64,000 bases of DNA from the NCBI RefSeq assembly GCF_963921235.1, contig NC_086108.1:114950001-115014000 (forward strand), written 5' to 3'. The stretch's first letter is position 1, and the number at the start of each line of letters is the position of its first letter. The position numbers and the translations under genes are program-made. Below are positions 15,001 to 30,000 of the stretch, piece after piece. Origin of the DNA: Mobula hypostoma (lineage: Eukaryota). The notes under the pieces were generated by a model. That model had not been told where the DNA came from. It did not search any database and worked only from the letters and a program-made list of their open reading frames with translations.

Positions 15001-18000
15001 TGTTGTACACAGTTAGTGAGAGTGACTCCAGGGCAGTGATGTACACAGTTAGTGAGAGTGACTCCAGGGCTGTGTTGTACACAGTTAGTGAGAGTGACTC
15101 CAGGGCTAGTGGTACACAGTTAGTGAGAGTGGCTCGAGGGCAGTGTTGTACACAGTTAGTGAGAGTGACTCCAGGGCTGTGTTGTACACAGTTAGTGAGA
15201 GTGGCTCGAGGGCAGTGTTGTACACAGTTAGTGAGAGTGACTCCAGGGCTGTGTTGTACACAGTTAGTGAGAGTGACTCCAGGGCAGTGATGTACACAGT
15301 TAGTGAGAGTGGCTCCAGGGCAGTGATGTACACAGTTAGTGAGAGTGACTCCAGGGCAGTGTTGTACACAGTTAGTGAGAGTGACTCCAGGGCAGTGATG
15401 TACACAGTTAGTGAGAGTGACTCCAGGGCAGTGATGTACACAGTTAGTGAGAGTGACTCCAGGGCTGTGTTGTACACAGTTAGTGAGAGTGACTCCAGGG
15501 CTGTGTTGTACACAGTTAGTGAGAGTGACTCCAGGGCAGTGTTGTACACAGTTAGTGAGAGTGGCTCGAGGGCTGTGTTGTACACAGTTAGTGAGAGTGA
15601 CTCCAGGGCTGTGTTGTACACAGTTAGTGAGAGTGGCTCGAGGGCAGTGTTGTACACAGTTAGTGAGAGTGGCTCGAGGGCAGTGTTGTACACAGTTAGT
15701 GAGAGTGACTCCAGGGCAGTGTTGTACACAGTTAGTGAGAGTGACTCCAGGGCAGTGATGTACACAGTTAGTGAGAGTGACTCCAGGGCTGTGTTGTACA
15801 CAGTTAGTGAGAGTGACTCCAGGGCAGTGATGTACACAGTTAGTGAGAGTGACTCCAGGGCTGTGTTGTACACAGTTAGTGAGAGTGGCTCGAGGGCAGT
15901 GTTGTACACATTTAGTGAGAGTGACTCCTGGGCTGTGTTGTACACAGTTAGTGAGAGTGGCTCGAGGGCAGTGTTGTACACAGTTAGTGAGAGTGACTCC
16001 AGGGCTGTGTTGTACACAGTTAGTGAGAGTGACTCCAGGGCAGTGATGTACACAGTTAGTGAGAGTGACTCCAGGGCAGTGTTGTACACAGTTAGTGAGA
16101 GTGGCTCGAGGGCTGTGTTGTACACAGTTAGTGAGAGTGACTCCAGGGCTGTGTTGTACACAGTTAGTGAGAGTGGCTCGAGGGCAGTGTTGTACACAGT
16201 TAGTGAGAGTGGCTCGAGGGCAGTGTTGTACACAGTTAGTGAGAGTGACTCCAGGGCAGTGTTGTACACAGTTAGTGAGAGTGACTCCAGGGCAGTGATG
16301 TACACAGTTAGTGAGAGTGACTCCAGGGCTGTGTTGTACACAGTTAGTGAGAGTGACTCCAGGGCATTGTTGTACACAGTTAGTGAGAGTGACTCCAGGG
16401 CTGTGTTGTACAGAGTTAGTGAGAGTGACTCCAGGGCAGTGATGTACACAGTTAGTGAGAGTGGCTCGAGGGCAGTGTTGTACACAGTTAGTGAGAGTGA
16501 TTCCAGGGCAGTGATGTACACAGTTAGTGAGAGTGACTCCAGGGCAGTGATGTACACAGTTAGTGAGAGTGACTCCAGGGCTGTGTCGTACACAGTTAGT
16601 GAGAGTGACTCCAGGGCTGTGTCGTACACAGTTAGTGAGAGTGACTCCAGGGCATTGTTGTATACAGTTAGTGAGAGTGGCGCGAGGGCTGTGTTGTACA
16701 CAGTTAGTGAGAGTGACTCCAGGGCAGTGTTGTACACAGTTAGTGAGAGTGACTCCAGGGCAGTGATGTACACAGTTAGTGAGAGTGACTCCAGGACACT
16801 GATGTACACAGTTAGTGAGAGTGACTCCAGGCAGTGTTGTACACAGTTACTGAGAGTGACTCCAGGGCAGTGATGTACACAGTTAGTGAGAGTGACTCCA
16901 GGGCAGTGATGTACACAGTTAGTGAGAGTGACTCCAGGGCAGTGTTGTACACAGTTAGTGAGAGTGACTCCAGGGCAGTGTTGTACACAGTTAGTGAGAG
17001 TGGCTCGAGGGCTGTGTTGTACACAGTTAGTGAGAGTGACTCCAGGGCTGTGTTGTACACAGTTAGTGAGAGTGGCTCGAGGGCAGTGTTGTACACAGTT
17101 AGTGAGAGTGGCTTGAGGGCAGTGTTGTACAGAGTTAGTGAGAGTGACTCCAGGGCTGTGTTGTACACAGTTAGTGAGAGTGGCTCGAGGGTTGTGTTGT
17201 ACACAGTTAGTGAGAGTGACTCCAGGGCTGTGTTGTACACAGTTAGTGAGAGTGGCTCGAGGGCAGTGTTGTACACAGTTAGTGAGAGTGGCTCGAGGGC
17301 AGTGTTGTACACAGTTAGTGAGAGTGACTCCAGGGCAGTGTTGTACACAGTTAGTGAGAGTGACTCCAAGGGCAGTGATGTACACAGTTAGTGAGAGTGA
17401 CTCCAGGGCTGTGTTGTACACATTTAGTGAGAGTGACTCCAGGGCATTGTTGTACACAGTTAGTGAGAGTGACTCTAAATCTGTGTTGTACACAGTTAGT
17501 GAGAGTGACTCCAGGGCACTGTTGTACACAGTTAGTGAGAGTGACTCCAGGGCAGTGTTGTACACAGTTAGTGAGAGTGGCTCGAGGGCTGTGTTGTACA
17601 CAGTTAGTGAGAGTGACTCCAGGGCAGTGTTGTACACAGTTAGTGAGAGTGACTCCAGGGCAGTGATGTACACAGTTAGTGAGAGTGGCTCGAGGGCAGT
17701 GTTGTACACAGTTAGTGAGAGTGACTCCAGGGCAGTGATGTACACAGTTACTGAGAGTGACTCCAGGGCTGTGTTGTACACAGTTAGTGAGAGTGACTCC
17801 AGGGCTGTGTTGTACACAGTTAGTGAGAGTGACTCCAGGGCAGTGTTGTACACAGTTAGTGAGAGTGACTCCAGGGCAGTGATGTACACAGTTAGTGAGA
17901 GTGACTCCAGGGCACGGATGTACACAGTTAGTGAGAGTGACTCAAGGCAGTGTTGTACACAGTTAGTGAGAGTGACTCCAGGGCAGTGATGTACACAGTT

Positions 18001-21000
18001 AGTGAGAGTGACTCCAGGGCAGTGATGTACACAGTTAGTGAGAGTGACTCCAGGGCAGTGATGTACACAGTTAGTGAGAGTGACTCCAGGGCTGTGTTGT
18101 ACACAGTTAGTGAGAGTGACTCCAGGGCTGTGTTGTACACAGTTAGTGAGAGTGGCTCGAGGGCTGTGTTGTACACAGTTAGTGAGAGTGACTCCAGGGC
18201 CGTGTTGTACACAGTTAGTGAGAGTGACTCCAGGGCTGTGTTGTACACAGTTAGTGAGAGTGACTCCAGGGCTGTGTTGTACACAGTTAGTGAGAGTGAC
18301 TCCAGGGCAGTGTTGTACACAGTTAGTGAGAGTGACTCCAGGGCTGTGTTGTACACAGTTAGTGAGAGTGACTCCAGGGCTAGTGGTATACAGTTAGTGA
18401 GAGTGGCTCGAGGGCAGTGTTGTACACAGTTAGTGAGAGTGACTCCAGGGCTGTGTTGTACACAGTTAGTGAGAGTGACTCTAAATCTGTGTTGTACACA
18501 GTTAGTGAGAGTGACTCCAGGGCTGTGTTGTACACAGTTAGTGAGAGTGACTCCAGGGCTGTGTCGTACACAGTTAGTGAGAGTGACTCCAGGGCATTGT
18601 TGTATACAGTTAGTGAGAGTGACTCCAGGGCAGTGTTGTACACAGTTAGTGAGAGTGACTCCAGGGCAGTGTTGTACACAGTTAGTGAGAGTGACTCCAG
18701 GGCAGTGTTGTACACAGTTAGTGAGAGTGACTCCAGGGCAGTGATGTACACAGTTAGTGAGAGTGACTCCAGGGCAGTGATGTACACAGTTAGTGAGAGT
18801 GACTCCAGGGCAGTGTTGTACACAGTTAGTGAGAGTGGCTCGAGGGCTGTGTTGTACACAGTTAGTGAGAGTGACTCCAGGGCTGTGTTGTACACAGTTA
18901 GTGAGAGTGGCTCGAGGGCAGTGTTGTACACAGTTAGTTAGAGTGACTCCAGGGCTGTGTTGTACACAGTTAGTGAGAGTGGCTCGAGGGCAGTGTTGTA
19001 CACAGTTAGTGAGAGTGACTCCAGGGCTGTGTTGTACACAGTTAGTGAGAGTGGCTCGAGGGCAGTGTTGTACACAGTTAGTGAGAGTGACTCCAGGGCT
19101 GTGTTGTACACAGTTAGTGAGAGTGGCTCGAGGGCAGTGTTGTACACAGTTAGTGAGAGTGGCTCGAGGGCAGTGTTGTACACAGTTAGTGAGAGTGACT
19201 CCAGGGCAGTGTTGTACACAGTTAGTGAGAGTGACTCCAGGGCAGTGATGTACACAGTTAGTGAGAGTGACTCCAGGGCTGTGTTGTACACAGTTAGTGA
19301 GAGTGACTCCAGGGCATTGTTGTACACAGTTAGTGAGAGTGACTCTAAATCTGTGTTGTACACAGTTAGTGAGAGTGACTCCAGGGCATTGTTGTACACA
19401 GTTAGTGAGAGTGACTCCAGGGCTGTGTTGTACACAGTTAGTGAGAGTGGCTCGAGGGCTGTGTTGTACACAGTTAGTCAGAGTGACTCCAGGGCAGTGT
19501 TGTACACAGTTAGTTAGAGTGGCTCGAGGGCTGTGTTGTACACAGTTAGTGAGAGTGACTCCAGGGCTGTGTTGTACACAGTTAGTGAGAGTGGCTGGAG
19601 GGCAGTGTTGTACACAGTTAGTGAGAGTGACTCCAGGGCTGTGTTGTACACAGTTAGTGAGAGTGACTCCAGGGCATTGTTGTACACAGATAGTGAGAGT
19701 GACTCCAGGGCTGTGTTGTACAGAGTTAGTGAGAGTGACTCCAGGGCAGTGATGTGCACAGTTAGTGAGAGTGACTCCAGGGCTGTGTTGTACACAGTTA
19801 GTGAGAGTGACTCCAGGGCTAGTGGTACACAGTTAGTGAGAGTGGCTCGAGGGCAGTGTTGTACACAGTTAGTGAGAGTGACTCCAGGGCTGTGTTGTAC
19901 ACAGTTAGTGAGAGTGACTCTTGGGCTGTGTTGTACACAGTTAGTGAGAGTGGCTCGAGGGCTGTGTTGTACACAGTTAGTGAGAGTGACTCCTGGGCTG
20001 TGTTGTACACAGTTAGTGAGAGTGGCTCGAGGGCTGTGTTGTACACAGTTAGTTAGAGTGACTCCAGGGCTGTGTTGTACACAGTTAGTGAGAGTGACTC
20101 CAGGGCAGTGATGTACACAGTTAGTGAGAGAGGCACCAGGGCAGTGATGTACACAGTTAGTGAGAGTGACTCCAGGGCAGTGTTGTACACAGTTAGTGAG
20201 AGTGACTCCAGGGCAGTGATGTACACAGTTAGTGAGAGTGACTCCAGGGCAGTGATGTACACAGTTAGTGAGAGTGACTCCAGGGCTGTGTTGTACACAG
20301 TTAGTGAGAGTGTCTCCAGGGCTGTGTTGTACAGAGTTAGTGAGAGTGACTCCAGGGCAGTGTTGTGCACAGTTAGTTAGAGTGGCTCGAGGGCTGTGTT
20401 ATACACAGTTAGTGAGAGTGACTCCAGGGCTGTGTTGTACACAGTTAGTGAGAGTGGCTCGAGGGCAGTGTTGTACACAGTTAGTGAGAGTGGCTCGAGG
20501 GCAGTGTTGTACACAGTTAGTGAGAGTGACTCCAGGGCAGTGTTGTACACTGTTAGTGAGAGTGACTCCAGGGCAGTGATGTACACAGTTAGTGAGAGTG
20601 ACTGCAGGGCTGTGTTGTACACAGTTAGTGAGAGTGACTCCAGGGCATTGTTGTACACAGTTAGTGAGAGTGACTCCAGGGCTGTGTTGTACAGAGTTAG
20701 TGAGAGTGACTCCAGGGCAGTGATGTACACAGTTAGTGAGAGTGGCTCGAGGGCAGTGTTGTACACAGTTGGTGAGAGTGACTCCAGGGCAGTGATGTAC
20801 ACAGTTAGTGAGAGTGACTCCAGGGCAGTGATGTACACAGTTAGTGACAGTGACTCCAGGGCTGTGTTGTACACAGTTAGTGAGAGTGACTCCAGGGCTG
20901 TGTCGTACACAGTTAGTGAGAGTGACTCCAGGGCATTGTTGTATACAGTTAGTGAGAGTGACTCCAGGGCAGTGTTGTACACAGTTAGTGAGAGTGACTC

Positions 21001-24000
21001 CAGGGCATTGTTGTACACAGTTAGTGAGAGTGACTCCAGGGCAGTGTTGTACACAGTTAGTGAGAGTGACTCCAGGGCAGTGATGTACACAGTTAGTGAG
21101 AGTGACTCCAGGGCAGTGATGTACACAGTTAGTGAGAGTGACTCCAGGGCAGTGTTGTACACAGTTAGTGAGAGTGGCTCGAGGGCTGTGTTGTACACAG
21201 TTAGTGAGAGTGACTCCAGGGCTGTGTTGTACACAGTTAGTGAGAGTGGCTCGAGGGCAGTGTTGTACACAGTTAGTGAGAGTGACTCCAGGGCTGTGTT
21301 GTACACAGTTAGTGAGAGTGGCTCGAGGGTTGTGTTGTACAGAGTTAGTGAGAGTGACTCCAGGGCTGTGTTGTACACAGTTAGTGAGAGTGGCTCGAGG
21401 GCAGTTTTGTACACAGTTAGTGAGAGTGGCTCGAGGGCAGTGTTGTACACTGTTAGTGAGAGTGACTCCAGGGCAGTGTTGTACACAGTTAGTGAGAGTG
21501 ACTCCAGGGCAGTGATGTACACAGTTAGTGAGAGTGACTCCAGGGCTGTGTTGTACACAGTTAGTGAGAGTGACTCCAGGGCATTGTTGTACACAGTTAG
21601 TGAGAGTGACTCTAAATCTGTGTTGTACACAGTTAGTGAGAGTGACTCCAGGGCATTGTTGTACACAGTTAGTGAGAGTGACTCCAGGGCAGTGTTGTAC
21701 ACAGTTAGTGAGAGTGGCTCGAGGGCTGTGTTGTACACAGTTAGTGAGAGTGACTCCAGGGCAGTGTTGTACACAGTTAGTGAGAGTGACTCCAGGGCAG
21801 TGATGTACACAGTTAGTGAGAGTGACTCGAGGGCAGTGTTGTACACAGTTAGTGAGAGTGACTCCAGGGCAGTGATGTACACAGTTAGTGAGAGTGACTC
21901 CAGGGCAGTGTTGTACACAGTTAGTGAGAGTGACTCCAGGGCTGTGTTGTACACAGTTAGTGAGAGTGACTCCAGGGCTGTGTTGTACACAGTTAGTGAG
22001 AGTGACTCCAGGGCAGTGTTGTACACAGTTAGTGAGAGTGACTCCAGGGCTGTGTTGTACACAGTTAGTGAGAGTGACTCCAGGGCATTGTTGTACACAG
22101 TTAGTGAGAGTGACTCCAGGGCAGTGTTGTACACAGTTAGTGAGAGTGACTCCAGGGCAGTGATGTACACAGTTAGTGAGAGTGACTCCAGGGCTGTGTT
22201 GTACACAGTTAGTGAGAGTGACTCCAGGGCTAGTGGTACACAGTTAGTGAGAGTGGCTCGAGGGCAGTGTTGTACACAGTTAGTGAGAGTGACTCCAGGG
22301 CTGTGTTGTACACAGTTAGTGAGAGTGACTCCAGGGCTGTGTTGTACACAGTTAGTGAGAGTGGCTCGAGGGCTGTGTTGTACACAGTTAGTGAGAGTGA
22401 CTCCAGGGCTGTGTTGTACACAGTTAGTGAGAGTGGCTCGAGGGCTGTGTTGTACACAGTTAGTGAGAGTGACTCCAGGGCTGTGTTGTACACAGTTAGT
22501 GAGAGTGACTCCAGGGCAGTGATGTACACAGTTAGTGAGAGTGGCTCCAGGGCAGTGATGTACACAGTTAGTGAGAGTGACTCCAGGGCAGTGTTGTACA
22601 CAGTTAGTGAGAGTGACTCCAGGGCAGTGATGTACACAGTTAGTGAGAGTGACTCCAGGGCAGTGATGTACACAGTTAGTGAGAGTGACTCCAGGGCTGT
22701 GTTGTACACAGTTAGTGAGAGTGACTCCAGGGCTGTGTTGTACAGAGTTAGTGAGAGTGACTCCAGGGCAGTGTTGTACACAGTTAGTTAGAGTGGCTCG
22801 AGGGCTGTGTTGTACACAGTTAGTGAGAGTGACTCCAGGGCTGTGTTGTACACAGTTAGTGAGAGTGGCTCGAGGGCAGTGTTGTACACAGTTAGTGAGA
22901 GTGACTCCAGGGCAGTGTTGTACACAGTTAGTGAGAGTGACTCCAGGGCAGTGATGTACACAGTTAGTGAGAGTGACTCCAGGGCTGTGTTGTACACAGT
23001 TAGTGAGAGTGACTCCAGGGCATTGTTGTACACAGTTAGTGAGAGTGACTCCAGGGCTGTGTTGTACACAGTTAGTGAGAGTGACTCCAGGGCAGTGATG
23101 TACACAGTTAGTGAGAGTGGCTCGAGGGCAGTGTTGTACACAGTTAGTGAGAGTGACTCCAGGGCAGTGATGTACACAGTTAGTGAGAGTGACTCCAGGG
23201 CAGTGATGTACACAGTTAGTGAGAGTGACTCCAGGGCTGTGTTGTACACAGTTAGTGAGAGTGACTCCAGGGCTGTGTTGTACACAGTTAGTGAGAGTGA
23301 CTCCAGGGCATTGTTGTACACAGTTAGTGAGAGTGACTCCAGGGCAGTGTTGTACACAGTTAGTGAGAGTGACTCCAGGGCATTGTTGTACACAGTTAGT
23401 GAGAGTGACTCCAGGGCAGTGTTGTACACAGTTAGTGAGAGTGACTCCAGGGCAGTGATGTACACAGTTAGTGAGAGTGACTCCAGGGCAGTGTTGTACA
23501 CAGTTAGTGAGAGTGACTCCAGGGCAGTGTTGTACACAGTTAGTGAGAGTGGCTCGAGGGCTGTGTTGTACACAGTTAGTGAGAGTGACTCCAGGGCTGT
23601 GTTGTACACAGTTAGTGAGAGTGGCTCGAGGGCAGTGTTGTACACAGTTAGTGAGAGTGACTCCAGGGCTGTGTTGTACACAGTTAGTGAGAGTGACTCC
23701 AGGGCTGTGTTGTACACAGTTAGTGAGAGTGGCTCGAGGGCTGTGTTGTACACAGTTAGTGAGAGTGACTCCAGGGCTGTGTTGTACACAGTTAGTGAGA
23801 GTGACTCCAGGGCAGTGATGTACACAGTTAGTGAGAGTGGCTCCAGGGCAGTGATGTACACAGTTAGTGAGAGTGACTCCAGGGCAGTGTTGTACACAGT
23901 TAGTGAGACTGACTCCAGGGCAGTGATGTACACAGTTAGTGAGAGTGACTCCAGGGCAGTGATGTACACAGTTAGTGAGAGTGACTCCAGGGCTGTGTTG

Positions 24001-27000
24001 TACACAGTTAGTGAGAGTGACTCCAGGGCTGTGTTGTACACAGTTAGTGAGAGTGACTCCAGGGCAGTGTTGTACACAATTAGTTAGAGTGGCTCGAGGG
24101 CTGTGTTGTACACAGTTAGTGAGAGTGACTCCAGGGCTGTGTTGTACACAGTTAGTGAGAGTGGCTCGAGGGCAGTGTTGTACACAGTTAGTGAGAGTGA
24201 CTCCAGGGCAGTGTTGTACACAGTTAGTGAGAGTGACTCCAGGGCAGTGATGTACACAGTTAGTGAGAGTGACTCCAGGGCTGTGTTGTACACAGTTAGT
24301 GAGAGTGACTCCAGGGCATTGTTGTACACAGTTAGTGAGAGTGACTCCAGGGCTGTGTTGTACAGAGTTAGTGAGAGTGACTCCAGGGCAGTGATGTACA
24401 CAGTTAGTGAGAGTGGCTCGAGGGCAGTGTTGTACACAGTTAGTGAGAGTGACTCCAGGGCAGTGATGTACACAGTTAGTGAGAGTGACTCCAGGGCAGT
24501 GATGTACACAGTTAGTGAGAGTGACTCCAGGGCTGTGTCGTACACAGTTAGTGAGAGTGACTCCAGGGCTGTGTCGTACACAGTTAGTGAGAGTGACTCC
24601 AGGGCATTGTTGTATACAGTTAGTGAGAGTGACTCCAGGGCAGTGTTGTACACAGTTAGTGAGAGTGACTCCAGGGCATTGTTGTACACAGTTAGTGAGA
24701 GTGACTCCAGGGCAGTGTTGTACACAGTTAGTGAGAGTGACTCCAGGGCAGTGATGTACACAGTTAGTGAGAGTGACTCCAGGGCAGTGATGTACACAGT
24801 TAGTGAGAGTGACTCCAGGGCAGTGTTGTACACAGTTAGTGAGAGTGGCTCGAGGGCGGTGTTGTACACAGTTAGTGAAAGTGACTCCAGGGCTGTGTTG
24901 TACACAGTTAGTGAGAGTGGCTCGAGGGCAGTGTTGTACACAGTTAGTGAGAGTGACTCCAGGGCTGTGTTGTACACAGTTAGTGAGAGTGGCTCGAGGG
25001 TTGTGTTGTACACAGTTAGTGAGAGTGACTCCAGGGCTGTGTTGTACACAGTTAGTGAGAGTGGCTCGAGGGCAGTGTTGTACACAGTTAGTGAGAGTTG
25101 CTCGAGGGCAGTGTTGTACACTGTTAGTGAGAGTGACTCCAGGGCAGTGTTGTACACAGTTAGTGAGAGTGACTCCAGGGCAGTGATGTACACAGTTAGT
25201 GAGAGTGACTCCAGGGCTGTGTTGTACACAGTTAGTGAGAGTGACTCCAGGGCATTGTTGTACACAGTTAGTGAGAGTGACTCTAAATCTGTGTTGTACA
25301 CAGTTAGTGAGAGTGACTCCAGGGCATTGTTGTACACAGTTAGTGAGAGTGACTCCAGGGCAGTGTTGTACACAGTTAGTGAGAGTGGCTCGAGGGCTGT
25401 GTTGTACACAGTTAGTGAGAGTGACTCCAGGGCAGTGTTGTACACAGTTAGTGAGAGTGACTCCAGGGCAGTGATGTACACAGTTAGTGAGAGTGGCTCG
25501 AGGGCAGTGTTGTACACAGTTAGTGAGAGTGACTCCAGGGCAGTGATGTACACAGTTAGTGAGAGTGACTCCAGGGCTGTGTTGTACACAGTTAGTGAGA
25601 GTGACTCCAGGGCTGTGTTGTACACAGTTAGTGAGAGTGACTCCAGGGCTGTGTTGTACACAGTTAGTGAGAGTGACTCCAGGGCAGTGTTGTACACAGT
25701 TAGTGAGAGTGGCTCCAGGGCTGTGTTGTACACAGTTAGTGAGAGTGACTCCAGGGCTGTGTTGTACACAGTTAGTGAGAGTGGCTCGAGGGCAGTGTTG
25801 TACACAGTTAGTGAGAGTGGCTCGAGGGCAGTGTTGTACACAGTTAGTGAGAGTGACTCCAGGGCAGTGTTGTACACAGTTAGTGAGAGTGACTCCAGGG
25901 CAGTGATGTACACAGTTAGTGAGAGTGACTCCAGGGCTGTGTTGTACACAGTTAGTGAGAGTGACTCCAGGGCTGTGTTGTACACAGTTAGTGAGAGTGA
26001 CTCCAGGGCTGTGTTGTACACAGTTAGTGAGAGTGGCTCCGAGGGCTGTGTTGTACACAGTTAGTGAGAGTGACTCCAGGGCTAGTGTTGTACACAGTTA
26101 GTGAGAGTGGCTCGAGGGCAGTGTTGTACACAGTTAGTGAGAGTGGCTCGAGGGCAGTGTTGTACACAGTTAGTGAGAGTGACTCCAGGGCAGTGTTGTA
26201 CACAGTTAGTGAGAGTGACTCCAGGGCAGTTATGTACACAGTTAGTGAGAGTGACTCCAGGGCTGTGTTGTACACAGTTAGTGAGAGTGACTCCAGGGCA
26301 GTGTTGTACACAGTTAGTGAGAGTGACTCCAGGGCATTGTTGTACACAGTTAGTGAGAGTGACTCTAAATCTGTGTTGTACACAGTTAGTGAGAGTGACT
26401 CCAGGGCATTGTTGTACACAGTTAGTGAGAGTGACTCCAGGGCAGTGTTGTACACAGTTAGTGAGAGTGGCTCGAGGGCTGTGTTGTACACAGTTAGTGA
26501 GAGTGACTCCAGGGCAGTGTTGTACACAGTTAGTGAGAGTGACTCCAGGGCAGTGATGTACACAGTTAGTGAGAGTGGCTCGAGGGCAGTGTTGTACACA
26601 GTTAGTGAGAGTGACTCCAGGGCAGTGATGTACACAGTTACTGAGAGTGACTCCAGGGCTGTGTTGTACACAGTTAGTGAGAGTGACTCCAGGGCTGTGT
26701 TGTACACAGTTAGTGAGAGTGACTCCAGGGCAGTGTTGTACACAGTTAGTGAGAGTGACTCCAGGGCAGTGATGTACACAGTTAGTGAGAGTGACTCCAG
26801 GGCACTGATGTACACAGTTAGTGAGAGTGACTCCAGGGCAGTGTTGTACACAGTTAGTGAGAGTGACTCCAGGGCAGTGATGTACACAGTTAGTGAGAGT
26901 GACTCCAGGGCAGTGATGTACACAGTTAGTGAGAGTGACTCCAGGGCTGTGTTGTACACAGTTAGTGAGAGTGACTCCAGGGCTGTGTTGTACACAGTTA

Positions 27001-30000
27001 GTGAGAGTGACTCCAGGGCAGTGTTGTACACAGTTAGTGAGAGTGACTCCAGGGCAGTGTTGTACACAGTTAGTGAGAGTGGCTCGAGGGCTGTGTTGTA
27101 CACAGTTAGTGAGAGTGACTCCAGGGCTGTGTTGTACACAGTTAGTGAGAGTGGCTCGAGGGCAGTGTTGTACACAGTTAGTGAGAGTGGCTCGAGGGCA
27201 GTGTTGTACACAGTTAGTGAGAGTGACTCCAGGGCAGTGTTGTACACTGTTAGTGAGAGTGACTCCAGGGCAGTGATGTACACAGTTAGTGAGAGTGACT
27301 CCAGGGCTGTGTTGTACACAGTTAGTGAGAGTGACTCCAGGGCATTGTTGTACACAGTTAGTGAGAGTGACTCCAGGGCTGTGTTGTACAGAGTTAGTGA
27401 GAGTGACTCCAGGGCAGTGATGTACACAGTTAGTGAGAGTGGCTCGAGGGCAGTGTTGTACACAGTTAGTGAGAGTGACTCCAGGGCAGTGATGTACACA
27501 GTTAGTGAGAGTGACTCCAGGGCAGTGATGTACACAGTTAGTGAGAGTGACTCCAGGGCTGTGTTGTACACAGTTAGTGAGAGTGACTCCAGGGCTGTGT
27601 TGTACACAGTTAGTGAGAGTGACTCCAGGGCATTGTTGTACACAGTTAGTGAGAGTGACTCCAGGGCAGTGTTGTACACAGTTAGTGAGAGTGACTCCAG
27701 GGCTGTGTTGTACACAGTTAGTGAGAGTGGCTCGAGGGCAGTGTTGTACACAGTTAGTGAGAGTGACTCGAGGGCAGTGTTGTACACAGTTAGTGAGAGT
27801 GACTCCAGGGCAGTGTTGTACACAGTTAGTGAGAGTGACTCCAGGGCAGTGATGTACACAGTTAGTGAGAGTGACTCCAGGGCTGTGTTGTACACAGTTA
27901 GTGAGAGTGACTCCAGGGCATTGTTGTACACAGTTAGTGAGAGTGACTCTAAATCTGTGTTGTACACAGTTAGTGAGAGTGACTCCAGGGCATTGTTGTA
28001 CACAGTTAGTGAGAGTGACTCCAGGGCAGTGTTGTACACAGTTAGTGAGAGTGGCTCGAGGGCTGTGTTGTACACAGTTAGTGAGAGTGACTCCAGGGCA
28101 GTGTTGTACACAGTTAGTGAGAGTGACTCCAGGGCAGTGATGTACACAGTTAGTGAGAGTGGCTCGAGGGCAGTGTTGTACACAGTTAGTGAGAGTGACT
28201 CCAGGGCAGTGATGTACACAGTTACTGAGAGTGACTCCAGGGCTGTGTTGTACACAGTTAGTGAGAGTGACTCCAGGGCTGTGTTGTACACAGTTAGTGA
28301 GAGTGACTCCAGGGCAGTGTTGTACACAGTTAGTGAGAGTGACTCCAGGGCAGTGATGTACACAGTTAGTGAGAGTGACTCCAGGGCACTGATGTACACA
28401 GTTAGTGAGAGTGACTCCAGGGCAGTGATGTACACAGTTAGTGAGAGTGACTCCAGGGCAGTGATGTACACAGTTGGTGAGAGTGACTCCAGGGCAGTGA
28501 TGTACACAGTTAGTGAGAGTGACTCCAGGGCTGTGTTGTACACAGTTAGTGAGAGTGACTCCAGGGCTGTGTTGTACACAGTTAGTGAGAGTGACTCCAG
28601 GGCAGTGTTGTACACAGTTAGTGAGAGTGACTCCAGGGCAGTGTTGTACACAGTTAGTTAGAGTGGCTCGAGGGCTGTGTTATACACAGTTAGTGAGAGT
28701 GACTCCAGGGCTGTGTTGTACACAGTTAGTGAGAGTGGCTCGAGGGCAGTGTTGTACACAGTTAGTGAGAGTGGCTCGAGGGCAGTGTTGTACACAGTTA
28801 GTGAGAGTGACTCCAGGGCAGTGTTGTACACAGTTAGTGAGAGTGACTCCAGGGCAGTGATGTACACAGTTAGTGAGAGTGACTCCAGGGCTGTGTTGTA
28901 CACAGTTAGTGAGAGTGACTCCAGGGCATTGTTGTACACAGTTAGTGAGAGTGACTCCAGGGCTGTGTTGTACACAGTTAGTGAGAGTGACTCCAGGGCA
29001 GTGATGTACACAGTTAGTGAGAGTGGCTCGAGGGCAGTGTTGTACACAGTTGGTGAGAGTGACTCCAGGGCAGTGATGTACACAGTTAGTGAGAGTGACT
29101 CCAGGGCAGTGATGTACACAGTTAGTGAGAGTGACTCCAGGGCTGTGTTGTACACAGTTAGTGAGAGTGACTCCAGGGCTGTGTCGTACACAGTTAGTGA
29201 GAGTGACTCCAGGGCATTGTTGTATACAGTTAGTGAGAGTGACTCCAGGGCAGTGTTGTACACAGTTAGTGAGAGTGACTCCAGGGCATTGTTGTACACA
29301 GTTAGTGAGAGTGACTCCAGGGCAGTGTTGTACACAGTTAGTGAGAGTGACTCCAGGGCAGTGATGTACACAGTTAGTGAGAGTGACTCCAGGGCAGTGA
29401 TGTACACAGTTAGTGAGAGTGACTCCAGGGCAGTGTTGTACACAGTTAGTGAGAGTGGCTCGAGGGCGGTGTTGTACACAGTTAGTGAAAGTGACTCCAG
29501 GGCTGTGTTGTACACAGTTAGTGAGAGTGGCTCGAGGGCAGTGTTGTACACAGTTAGTGAGAGTGACTCCAGGGCTGTGTTGTACACAGTTAGTGAGAGT
29601 GGCTCGAGGGTTGTGTTGTACACAGTTAGTGAGAGTGACTCCAGGGCTGTGTTGTACACAGTTAGTGAGAGTGGCTCGAGGGCAGTGTTGTACACAGTTA
29701 GTGAGAGTGGCTCGAGGGCAGTGTTGTACACAGTTAGTGAGAGTGACTCCAGGGCAGTGTTGTACACAGTTAGTGAGAGTGACTCCAGGGCAGTGATGTA
29801 CACAGTTAGTGAGAGTGACTCCAGGGCTGTGTTGTACACAGTTAGTGAGAGTGACTCCAGGGCATTGTTGTACACAGTTAGTGAGAGTGACTCTAAATCT
29901 GTGTTGTACACAGTTAGTGAGAGTGACTCCAGGGCATTGTTGTACACAGTTAGTGAGAGTGACTCCAGGGCAGTGTTGTACACAGTTAGTGAGAGTGGCT